NCBI GenBank assembly: GCA_964569405.1
Contig: CAZMWA010000108.1
Span: 1 to 56,899, forward strand
Direction of reading: 5' to 3'
Source of the DNA: an uncultured Vicinamibacteraceae bacterium
GTDB lineage: Bacteria > Acidobacteriota > Vicinamibacteria > Vicinamibacterales > UBA8438
Length of the DNA: 56,899 bases
A program made the position numbers and the translations under genes. Shown here piece after piece: positions 17,694-25,314 of this stretch. Below the pieces are notes generated by a model that had not been told where the DNA came from, made no database searches, and saw nothing but the letters and a program-made list of their open reading frames with translations. Positions within the stretch are counted from its first letter, which is position 1, and each line of letters opens with the position of its first letter.

Positions 17694-20452
17694 TCTTCGA
17701 GCGCAACGCTGCTCCACACTGGCACCTGGACGTTCCCGGGGCGCGCTGGTTCAAGGCGGATCTGCACGTCCACACGATAGACGACCTTGCGGGCGGAAAG
17801 GCGAAACTGCCTGTGGGAATCGACGGGCCGCCCGAGGCGCAAGAAACCATCGCGGCCTACGCACGGCGCTTTCTGCAGTGTGCGATCGAGCGGCAGGTGC
17901 GCGTGATCGGCCTCACACCCCATTCGCCGCGAGTCGCCGCGAACGCCGAATCCAGCGCGGTCTGGAAGATCGTCGAGCAGTGGAACAACGACACGGACGA
18001 CGACGGCAGGCCGTTCCGCGAGAGCATATACGCCGTGTTCCCCGGCTTCGAGCCGTGTCTCAAGGATGGCAAGAGCGGTCTGCACCTGCTGTTCCTGTTC
18101 GATCCGGAAGTCGGACGCGACCTCTACCTCAAGGCGTTCGACCTCGTCATGGGAGCGGAGCAGCCCTGGCGCGGGAATCAATTGGCGCTGTCCGCCAAGA
18201 GCGCCGAGCAGGCGTTCGCCGAGCTCCGCAACCTTCACTGCCGTGAGGCCGGCACGAACGCAGACGCCCCAGCCCGGTGGAACTACCTCACGCTCGCGCC
18301 TCACATCGACAACGAGAAGGGTCTTCTCGGTGCGCAAAAGGCGCAGGTGCTGGAACGATTTCAGCACGGTGAAATCGCCGGTCTCGAGCTCGGGGACAAC
18401 AAGCTGCCTCAAGATGCGGTGCAGCACCGGACGTGGTTGCAGACCGGAATGCGCGAGCACCGGCAGGCGTTCTTCCACGGCAGCGACGCGTACTCGGTGC
18501 ACGAGATCGGCAAGCGCCATACGTGGCTGAAGCTCGCCAGCCCCAGAATCGAGGCCTTGCGCCAAGCCTTCATTGCCACCGATTCCCGGATGCGCATCGG
18601 CTACGAACGGAATGCCACCGGGGATCTCGTGGAGATTGCGGCCCCGGATGTCACGGTGAATGAGCGGCCGTGGCTGAAGACCGTGACGGTCAAGGGCCGT
18701 GCGTCGTTCTTCGGCGGCAAGGACGATAGCGAGGCCAGCCGTTTCGACCTGAGCCCGGATCTGACGTGCATCATCGGCGGCAGCATGACGGGCAAGAGCA
18801 CGTTCCTTGACGGCCTGCGCGTGCATGCTGGCGCGCCCTTGCCACAGGACGATCGAATCAGAAGGCAGGTCGAAGCGCGCGGGCGGGAGATGTTTCTCGG
18901 CGGTTCGCCCGAGATCACGATGGAGTGCCCCGGCAGTGACCCGACTGCGCCGGCGCACAAGCGATGGCCGGCGGTGTTCCACGCGCAGAACGAGTTGCAG
19001 CGACTCGCTCAGGAACCGGAGGCGGTCGAGGACATCCTGGCCCGGCTGGTGGCGTCGGAGACACAGAACATCACGGCACACGAAGAACGGCTGAACGCCT
19101 TGGACCGGGAGCTTGGAGGCGCGGTCAAGCGGTTTGCGAAGCTGGACGAGGACGTTGCCGACGCCGAACAGGCCTTCGAGCGGAGCAAGAGTGCCGCCGC
19201 CGCGCTGGGCACTTTCTCGGACGCCGGTATCGAAGACCTTCATCGGGCATCCCGCAACCTGCGCGATTGGGAGACTGCAGCACAGGCAATCGGCGAGTTG
19301 GCGACCAGCCTGAACCGTGTCCTGCAAGCGGCGGAGTCGCTCGATCCGCCTCGTATCGAGGCGAAGCTGAACGGCTCGCTGCAGACCGCCAATGCGTATG
19401 CGCCGGAAGGCGAGTTCCGTGCACACTGGGAACGACTCCGATCGACGCTGGGGGCCGCCCGGGACGAATTGGCGGGCGCGAAGGCGGCCACCGAGTCGGC
19501 CGTTGGTGTCTTGTCCGAGCACGAGCGGGGCGTGCGTACCGACGTCGAGCGCAAGCTTGCCGCGCGCGGCGTGGATGGTGCGAAGATCAAGGAATTCCAG
19601 GTGCTCAGTCGTCAGGCGGCGCTGCTCGGGAGCTATGTAGCGAATCTCGATCAGGCGCGCGACAAGCTCACTGGCGCCGAGCGCTCGTTCAAGGCGCTGA
19701 TCGCGGAGCGGCGGAACCTGGTTGGCCTGCAGAGAGCCGCTTTTGATCGTGTCATCGATACGATCCGCATCGAATTCGGCGGACGGATTTCGGCCCGCAG
19801 AATCGATGACGGCAGTCGCGCTCCTCTCGAAAGGTTTCTCAAGCGACTGAACCAGCGAGGGATTACTCGTTGGTGGAATGACTTGCCAGACGGAAAGAAG
19901 CCGTCGCCCCAGCAGTTGCTCGACAAGCTGAACGCCCGCAAGCTGGCGGGTGTCGGGATGAGCGGTGCGGTCCAGACAACGTTTCTCGGCTGCCTTGGAC
20001 GGCAAGAGCGGCGCGAGTTGGCAGCCGTTCGCTGCCGTGACCGCTATCTGCTCGAGCTCGAAACGGATGCGGGCAGCCGCAGTCTGAGTGCCCTCTCGGG
20101 GGGGCAGCGCGTCAGCGTGCTGCTCTCGTTGCTGCTGGAAACCAAGGACGACCGTCCCCTGGTGATCGACCAACCGGAGGACGAGCTGGACAACCGGTTC
20201 CTGTTCAACACCGTCTTGCCAGCGCTCAAGCGGCTCAAGGGACGCCGCCAGATCATCGTCGCAACGCACAACGCCAACATCGTGGTGAACGGCGATGCGG
20301 ATCAGGTCATCGAACTGCAAGCAACCGCGAACCGGGGTCGTGTCGAGCGGGCAGGGACCATCGAGCACCCCGTCGTGCGGGACGCAATCGTCCGCACGGT
20401 CGACGGTGGCGACGACGCGTTCCGGTTGCGCCGGCTGAAGTACGGATTCTGA
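17690..20452 (+). CDS. PHP-domain phosphoesterase fused to SMC/Rad50-like ABC ATPase (920 aa)
   Basis: PHP motifs WFKADLHVHTIDD, LTPHS, GSDAYS. Walker A GGSMTGKST. Long A/E/R-rich coiled-coil-like middle section. Signature LSGGQR, Walker B LVIDQPEDELD, H-loop ATHNAN. Confidence 0.85.
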   Translation: MIFERNAAPHWHLDVPGARWFKADLHVHTIDDLAGGKAKLPVGIDGPPEAQETIAAYARRFLQCAIERQVRVIGLTPHSPRVAANAESSAVWKIVEQWNNDTDDDGRPFRESIYAVFPGFEPCLKDGKSGLHLLFLFDPEVGRDLYLKAFDLVMGAEQPWRGNQLALSAKSAEQAFAELRNLHCREAGTNADAPARWNYLTLAPHIDNEKGLLGAQKAQVLERFQHGEIAGLELGDNKLPQDAVQHRTWLQTGMREHRQAFFHGSDAYSVHEIGKRHTWLKLASPRIEALRQAFIATDSRMRIGYERNATGDLVEIAAPDVTVNERPWLKTVTVKGRASFFGGKDDSEASRFDLSPDLTCIIGGSMTGKSTFLDGLRVHAGAPLPQDDRIRRQVEARGREMFLGGSPEITMECPGSDPTAPAHKRWPAVFHAQNELQRLAQEPEAVEDILARLVASETQNITAHEERLNALDRELGGAVKRFAKLDEDVADAEQAFERSKSAAAALGTFSDAGIEDLHRASRNLRDWETAAQAIGELATSLNRVLQAAESLDPPRIEAKLNGSLQTANAYAPEGEFRAHWERLRSTLGAARDELAGAKAATESAVGVLSEHERGVRTDVERKLAARGVDGAKIKEFQVLSRQAALLGSYVANLDQARDKLTGAERSFKALIAERRNLVGLQRAAFDRVIDTIRIEFGGRISARRIDDGSRAPLERFLKRLNQRGITRWWNDLPDGKKPSPQQLLDKLNARKLAGVGMSGAVQTTFLGCLGRQERRELAAVRCRDRYLLELETDAGSRSLSALSGGQRVSVLLSLLLETKDDRPLVIDQPEDELDNRFLFNTVLPALKRLKGRRQIIVATHNANIVVNGDADQVIELQATANRGRVERAGTIEHPVVRDAIVRTVDGGDDAFRLRRLKYGF

Positions 20453-20469
20453 ATCCGGACAAGCCAAAC

Positions 20470-21696
20470 ATGGAGTGGCTGGACATCCTGCGGCGCGTCG
20501 AGGTCGGCGAGAACCAACATACGGAATTCAAGCGGGGGCTCGGTGACTTCTCGAGCATCGGCAGGGCGATCTGTGCCTTCGCCAACACCGAGGGCGGCGT
20601 CATCGTGCTCGGGATCACTGATCGTGGCGAGATCGTCGGGGTCAGGGAGAACGCCGAGAACGTACAGGAGCGCCTCACCGCATTCCTGCACACGGGATGC
20701 AGTGCGCCAGTCTCGGCCCGCACGGGACGCCAACAAGACCCCAACGGATGGGTGCATTGGGTTGAAGTGCCGCGCCAGAGAGGGTTCGAGCCGATGCGGT
20801 ACGACGGCCGCGTCTGGGTTCGCCGCGCGCGCAGCAGCGTCGAACCGTCACCCACGGAACTGCAGGAGCTCTACAACACGTTCGGATACATCCTGACCGA
20901 GGAACGCACGATTCAGGATGCGACCGCCGCGCACATCGACCTCGCGGCATTTCGCTCATATCTGAATCGGCTCGGATTCGATACGCAGCAAGAACCGCAA
21001 CCTGACAACGAGGACGACCTTCGCAACCGCGGCGTGCTGGTTGACATCGGCAACGCGTTGAGGGCAACGCTCTACGGCACCCTGGCGTTCGGCCGGGAGC
21101 CGCAACGCTACCCGCAGACCCGGAATTTCCGCATCGCGTGCGCGGCCTACGCGGGTCACGATCGGGCCTCGGAGGTTCTGCAAGTCGCCGATGCCTGCGG
21201 GCGAATGAACGAACAGGTCGATCGTGCAGTCGGGTGGTTCCTGGGACTCGGCCGATTCGAGTCGTACGGACACTTGATCCGTGACGACCGCCATCTGCTT
21301 CCCCGTGCGGCGATTCGCGAGGCGTTGGTGAACGCCGTCACCCATCGCGACTACGCGCTCATGGGCTCGAAGGCGTTCCTCGAGGTGTTCACCGATCGCG
21401 TGGACGTGACCAGTCCCGGCGCCCTCCCCAATCACATGACGGTCGAGCAGGTCCGCGCCGGCGCCAACCCACGAGCGCGGAACGACTCGATGGGCCACTT
21501 CATGGCTGCAATGGGATTCATGGAAGGTCGCGGCAGAGGCTGGTTGATCATGCGCAGGGAGATGCGCGCATTCAACGGGACGGAACCGGAGCTTGTCAAT
21601 GCCGAACGAGACCGACTCGTCAGGGTGACGTTTCGTCTCGACGAGGAGACGCTTTCCGCGCCGCCCAACCAGGAGGCTGCGGAGCGAGACGCGTGA
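20470..21696 (+). CDS. AlbA_2 (Schlafen-like) + HATPase_c_4 domain protein
   Basis: N-terminus ENQHTEFKRGLGDFSSIGRAICAFANTEGGVIVLGITDRGEIVGV (AlbA_2 pattern). C-terminus REALVNAVTHRDYALMGSKAFLEVFTDRVDVTSPGALP...EGRGRGW (HATPase_c_4 pattern). Starts 17 nt after the upstream stop. Confidence 0.8.
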   Translation: MEWLDILRRVEVGENQHTEFKRGLGDFSSIGRAICAFANTEGGVIVLGITDRGEIVGVRENAENVQERLTAFLHTGCSAPVSARTGRQQDPNGWVHWVEVPRQRGFEPMRYDGRVWVRRARSSVEPSPTELQELYNTFGYILTEERTIQDATAAHIDLAAFRSYLNRLGFDTQQEPQPDNEDDLRNRGVLVDIGNALRATLYGTLAFGREPQRYPQTRNFRIACAAYAGHDRASEVLQVADACGRMNEQVDRAVGWFLGLGRFESYGHLIRDDRHLLPRAAIREALVNAVTHRDYALMGSKAFLEVFTDRVDVTSPGALPNHMTVEQVRAGANPRARNDSMGHFMAAMGFMEGRGRGWLIMRREMRAFNGTEPELVNAERDRLVRVTFRLDEETLSAPPNQEAAERDA

Positions 21697-21733
21697 TGGC
21701 GACACCGCCGGGGTTGCCCGCCCTCCGCGGCTC

Positions 21734-21770
21734 CCGGGAGTCTGCGCCGTAGAACGGCGCAGACTCCCGG
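21734..21770. terminator. Perfect 16-bp stem / 5-nt loop hairpin between convergent genes
   Basis: CCGGGAGTCTGCGCCG-TAGAA-CGGCGCAGACTCCCGG lies between the stops at 21696 (+) and 21819 (-). No T-tract. Confidence 0.5.
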
Positions 21771-21818
21771 TGAGGGCTGGTTGGGCGGCAACCGGAGCCG
21801 GAGGCGACGATTGCCGGG

Positions 21819-22817
21819 CTACCGGTCGCCGGTGACGTTCACCCGAATGCGGTACAGCCCGGTGCGGGCCGTCATGTAGAGCGTGCGTCGGTCCGCATCG
21901 CCCCACGCCACGTTGGCCGGTACGAGGTCCGGCTTGATGGTCCCGAGATGCCGCCCGTCCGGCGCGATGACCCAGACGCCCCCCGGGCCCGTCGCCCACA
22001 GGTTGCCCTGCTCGTCGATCTTCAGACCATCGGGGGCGCCGCTCTCCTCCGAGCCGCTGGCGTCGAGCAGCAGCTCGGCCTCGCCGAGCGTGCCGTCCTC
22101 GTTCACCGGGTACGCCATCCACTGCTGCGTGCGGCTGTCGGCCACGTACAGGACGGACTCGTCCGGCGAGAAGGCGATGCCGTTCGGGCCGGTCTGCTCG
22201 GCCAGGCGGACGAGCTCGCCGCCGGGGCTCAGCCGGTAGATCCCGTTCGCATCCTGCTCCTGCGCCTCGGGGCTCGGCAACCCGTAGGGCGGGTCGGTGA
22301 AATAGAGCGAGCCGTCGGAGTGGTAGTCGAGGTCGTTCGGGCTGTTCAACCGCCCGCCTTCGTAGCTGTCGACGACCACGCTGCGCATCCCGTCGGCCGC
22401 AATCCGCGAGATCCGGCCGTTGAAGTGCTCGGTGAAGACCACGTTCCCGTCCGGGTCGACCGCGATGCCGTTCGAGCCGACGATGCGCCCCGCCTCGTAC
22501 TCGCCCTCGTAGACCGGGTTCAGGAAGTCGCTGACGGCGCCGTCCGGGTCCCACCTGACGATGCGGTTGCCGGGAATGTCGCTGAACAGCAGGAAGCCCC
22601 CCTCGTCGTCGATCCACGCCGGCCCCTCGGTGAAGCCGAACCCGCCGGCCAGCTCCTCGATCACGGCGTCGGCCGGCACGAGCGCGTCGAAGGCCGGGTC
22701 GAGGCGCTCGATCGTGCCCGCGCTCGGCGCCGCCTCCTGCTCGGCCGCCGCCTCCGGCTCGGCACTGCCGCCGCACGCCGCCATCGAGAGCACCCCCACA
22801 AGCACCCACATTCGCAT
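21819..22817 (-). CDS. SMP-30/gluconolactonase/LRE-family lipoprotein
   Basis: ATG 22817 gives MRMWVLVGVLSMAACGGS (lipobox). Motifs GFTEGPAWIDDEGGFLLFSDIPGNRIVRW and PNGIAFSPDESVLYVADS. Confidence 0.8.
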   Translation of the reverse strand: MRMWVLVGVLSMAACGGSAEPEAAAEQEAAPSAGTIERLDPAFDALVPADAVIEELAGGFGFTEGPAWIDDEGGFLLFSDIPGNRIVRWDPDGAVSDFLNPVYEGEYEAGRIVGSNGIAVDPDGNVVFTEHFNGRISRIAADGMRSVVVDSYEGGRLNSPNDLDYHSDGSLYFTDPPYGLPSPEAQEQDANGIYRLSPGGELVRLAEQTGPNGIAFSPDESVLYVADSRTQQWMAYPVNEDGTLGEAELLLDASGSEESGAPDGLKIDEQGNLWATGPGGVWVIAPDGRHLGTIKPDLVPANVAWGDADRRTLYMTARTGLYRIRVNVTGDR

Positions 22818-22899
22818 CACGCATCTCCTCCCGTGTCCGTCTGTTCGAAGCGTCCCAAGCGTAGCACGGCGGGCGCCCCTGAACACGACGAAGCCTTCA

Positions 22900-22908
22900 T
22901 GTCAGAAT
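22900..22908 (+). promoter_or_regulatory. Extended -10-like TGtCAGAAT 6 nt upstream of the Uma2 ATG (leaderless-type geometry)
   Basis: TGTCAGAAT-CCCGAC-ATG(22915), with no Shine-Dalgarno. Confidence 0.35.
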
Positions 22909-22914
22909 CCCGAC

Positions 22915-23502
22915 ATGGCGAACACCAGCACAGCCGCGCACAGGAGCGGTTCGGCCCGGACACGCCGGGCCACCTACCAGGACGTGCTTGACGCGCCGGC
23001 ACATCGGGTCGCGGAGATCGTCGACGGTACGCTCTACACTTGGCCGCGCCCGGCACCGCCGCACGCAGTCGCCAGCTCACGGCTGGGTTCCGACCTCGTA
23101 GGACCTTTCGACAGGGGCCGCGGCGGCCCGGGCGGATGGTGGATCATCGACGAGCCGGAGCTGCACCTCGCCGAGGACATCCTGGTCCCCGACCTCGCGG
23201 GCTGGCGCCGGGAGCGAATGGCGGAGTTGCCGGACACGGCATACTTCACCCTCGCACCGGACTGGGTGTGCGAGGTGCTCTCGGTCTCGACGCGCAGGTT
23301 CGACCTGCATGGCAAGCGTCCGGTCTACGCCCGCGAAGGGGTCGGGCATCTGTGGCTCGTGGAGCCCGCGGACCGCACCCTGGAGGCGTTCGAGCTGCGT
23401 GAAGGACAGTGGGTGCTGATTGCGAGCGCGCAGGACAATGATCCGGTCAGCATCCGCCCTTTCGATGCAGTCACCTTCAGCCTCGGGGATCTCTGGCCTT
23501 GA
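22915..23502 (+). CDS. Uma2-family (DUF820) PD-(D/E)xK endonuclease
   Basis: ATG 22915 is in frame with ORF 22561..23502. ATYQDVLDAP...VAEIVDGTLY, LVPDLAGW and APDWVCEVLS are typical Uma2 motifs. Confidence 0.8.
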   Translation: MANTSTAAHRSGSARTRRATYQDVLDAPAHRVAEIVDGTLYTWPRPAPPHAVASSRLGSDLVGPFDRGRGGPGGWWIIDEPELHLAEDILVPDLAGWRRERMAELPDTAYFTLAPDWVCEVLSVSTRRFDLHGKRPVYAREGVGHLWLVEPADRTLEAFELREGQWVLIASAQDNDPVSIRPFDAVTFSLGDLWP

Positions 23503-23592
23503 GCGCCCCGATGGTGAGCACATCACGGAAGGTGGGAACACGGTCAGCTCCCGCGGCCGGGTCAGCATCCCGCTGACGCATTCCCCCACGGC

Positions 23593-24384
23593 TCACGTGA
23601 CGGGGTCTGAGCCGGCTCTCCGTGAAGTATCCAACCTCACGGAGAGCCGCTCGCCGGTCCCGTTGACGCTGAGACGGAACACCCTGTTCGGCCACTCCGA
23701 GAGGGCCCCGGATTCGGCCAGCACTCTGCCGAGGGCCTTGGCATGGGCAGCCATATCGCCCTTGCCGGCGAGGACCTCGCAATCCCTCACTCGCACGGAG
23801 CCGTTCCACGACTTCTTCCCGCTCAGTCGTGTAATCGCCGTCACATCAAGGTCGACATCCTGGCCGTGGACTGCCCTCTCCAACGCTGACAGCAACTCTT
23901 CGATCCGAGACTCCCAGAAAGGCCCGTACATGCTGCGGTGCCGTCCTTCGGCCGGGTGCTTCGGTCCGCCAACCCTCTTGCGTTGTTGTAGTGTGCTCCT
24001 GATCCGTTCGATCTCGGCCGCGCCGACGCCCGTCGGCGAAACGACTGTCAACAGGCGAGCGATGAGGTCGAGCGCAGCACTAGCATCGTCGTCCGTCAAT
24101 GGATCCTGATGTGCCCATTTGTTCCGGTAATAGAGCAGACGGACGATACAGCTCTTGGGAAAATTCAATTGGCGGAAGAGGGGGCCCCACGTCCTCTGCA
24201 TCAGTTTGAGCAACCCATCGACGCCCCACTCGGTCACCGGCTTGCCGCGATACCACGGGTATTCGTCGACGAACCGCCGGCAAACGGAGTCGTCCAGGAG
24301 TTGCACCCTCTCCTGCACGAACGGTTCCATCTCCGCCTTCAATAGGTACAGCGCATCAGCAAGAAGGGCTTGGTTCGTTGCCAT
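23593..24384 (-). CDS. Swt1-like HEPN domain protein with uncharacterised C-terminal domain
   Basis: HEPN R-x4-H motif in LLYYRNKWAHQD. Helical N-terminal half. The C-terminal ~130 aa is unrecognised. Local GC is visibly lower. Confidence 0.65.
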   Translation of the reverse strand: MATNQALLADALYLLKAEMEPFVQERVQLLDDSVCRRFVDEYPWYRGKPVTEWGVDGLLKLMQRTWGPLFRQLNFPKSCIVRLLYYRNKWAHQDPLTDDDASAALDLIARLLTVVSPTGVGAAEIERIRSTLQQRKRVGGPKHPAEGRHRSMYGPFWESRIEELLSALERAVHGQDVDLDVTAITRLSGKKSWNGSVRVRDCEVLAGKGDMAAHAKALGRVLAESGALSEWPNRVFRLSVNGTGERLSVRLDTSRRAGSDPVT

Positions 24385-24615
24385 TTCGTCCGTCGGCCGC
24401 TGGAACCGCCAGTCTCACCGGCCGCTTATGGTTTCGCGAGCGATTTCGATGCAGGGTGCTCCGAGGCGGCATCATCCGGCCATTGGGTCGGCGAATGGCG
24501 GTCAGGCCGGTCGCAGGCACCTCAACGCGAAGTTTGTTGTCTCCACGAACGCTCCTCCGGTGCCACGCGCTGGAGGCAGACGACCGAGACAGGCGCCGCA
24601 GCCGTGGGAGCCCCG

Positions 24616-25311
24616 CTACATCCAGACCTGCTCGTCGTCCGCGTCAACGTCGGGCGCCGGCGCGGCGGCAATGCGCAGGGCGACGTCGCCGGTCACGGCG
24701 ACGCTGCCGGTGTGCGGCGCGTAGCCGGCCTTGCGCACGTACAGGTCGTAGTCGCCCGCCGGCACGTCGACCCGCGTGCGCCCTTCGGCATCCGTCGCCG
24801 CGCGGTACGGACCCAAGTGCACCTCGGCCGCGGCGAGCGGCTGCCCCGTCTCCTGGTCGTGGACCGTGACCGTCACGCGGTGCTCGGGCGGCGCGGCCGC
24901 GCGGAAGCTGAACGCGGCCTGCGCCTCCGCGTGCGGCGCCTCCGCGGATCCGCTGTCCGCGGCCGGCGGCGCGCCGGACCCGGCCGCCGGGAACGTGACC
25001 GTCCAGGCGTGCACGCCGGCCTCCGCCGGGGCGGCCAGCGCCACGCTCGCCGCGTACAGGGCGCGGGTGCCGGCCGCCGGCTGCGGGCCGAGCCGTCCCC
25101 GGCCGACCTCGGCGCCGGCGGCGTCGCGGACCACGACGGGCCGCCCCGCGAGCGAGCACGCGGCGGGGCACTTGACGCCTATCGTCGCGGCGAAGCGGCT
25201 GCCCACGACGATCGGCGACGGCACGCCCCACACGGCGATGCTCGTCGCGTGCGGCGGCGCGGCCGCGTCCGACCGCTCAGGGGCGGCCGCGTCCGGCGGC
25301 GCCTCGTCCAC
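24616..25311 (-). CDS. Hypothetical protein with C-terminal carboxypeptidase-regulatory-like (Ig-like) domain
   Basis: VTVTVHDQETGQPLAAAEVHLGPYRAATDAEGRTRVDVPAGDYDLYVRKAGY. Starts 3 nt after the stop of the FAD oxidoreductase gene. No signal peptide. Confidence 0.6.
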   Translation of the reverse strand: MDEAPPDAAAPERSDAAAPPHATSIAVWGVPSPIVVGSRFAATIGVKCPAACSLAGRPVVVRDAAGAEVGRGRLGPQPAAGTRALYAASVALAAPAEAGVHAWTVTFPAAGSGAPPAADSGSAEAPHAEAQAAFSFRAAAPPEHRVTVTVHDQETGQPLAAAEVHLGPYRAATDAEGRTRVDVPAGDYDLYVRKAGYAPHTGSVAVTGDVALRIAAAPAPDVDADDEQVWM

Positions 25312-25314
25312 GGC

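Noticed and set aside
17642-20467. 941-aa minus-strand ORF exactly antisense to the PHP-ATPase gene
   Set aside because: A full-length open antisense frame is expected when sense codons TTA/CTA/TCA are avoided. The plus strand carries the Walker A/B, LSGGQ and PHP motifs. The antisense product has none.
21754-21767. 14-mer ACGGCGCAGACTCC shared between the hairpin at 21.75 kb and the convergent junction at 28774-28787
   Set aside because: Several 14-mer coincidences are expected by chance in a 57-kb GC-biased sequence. The second site does not form the same hairpin.
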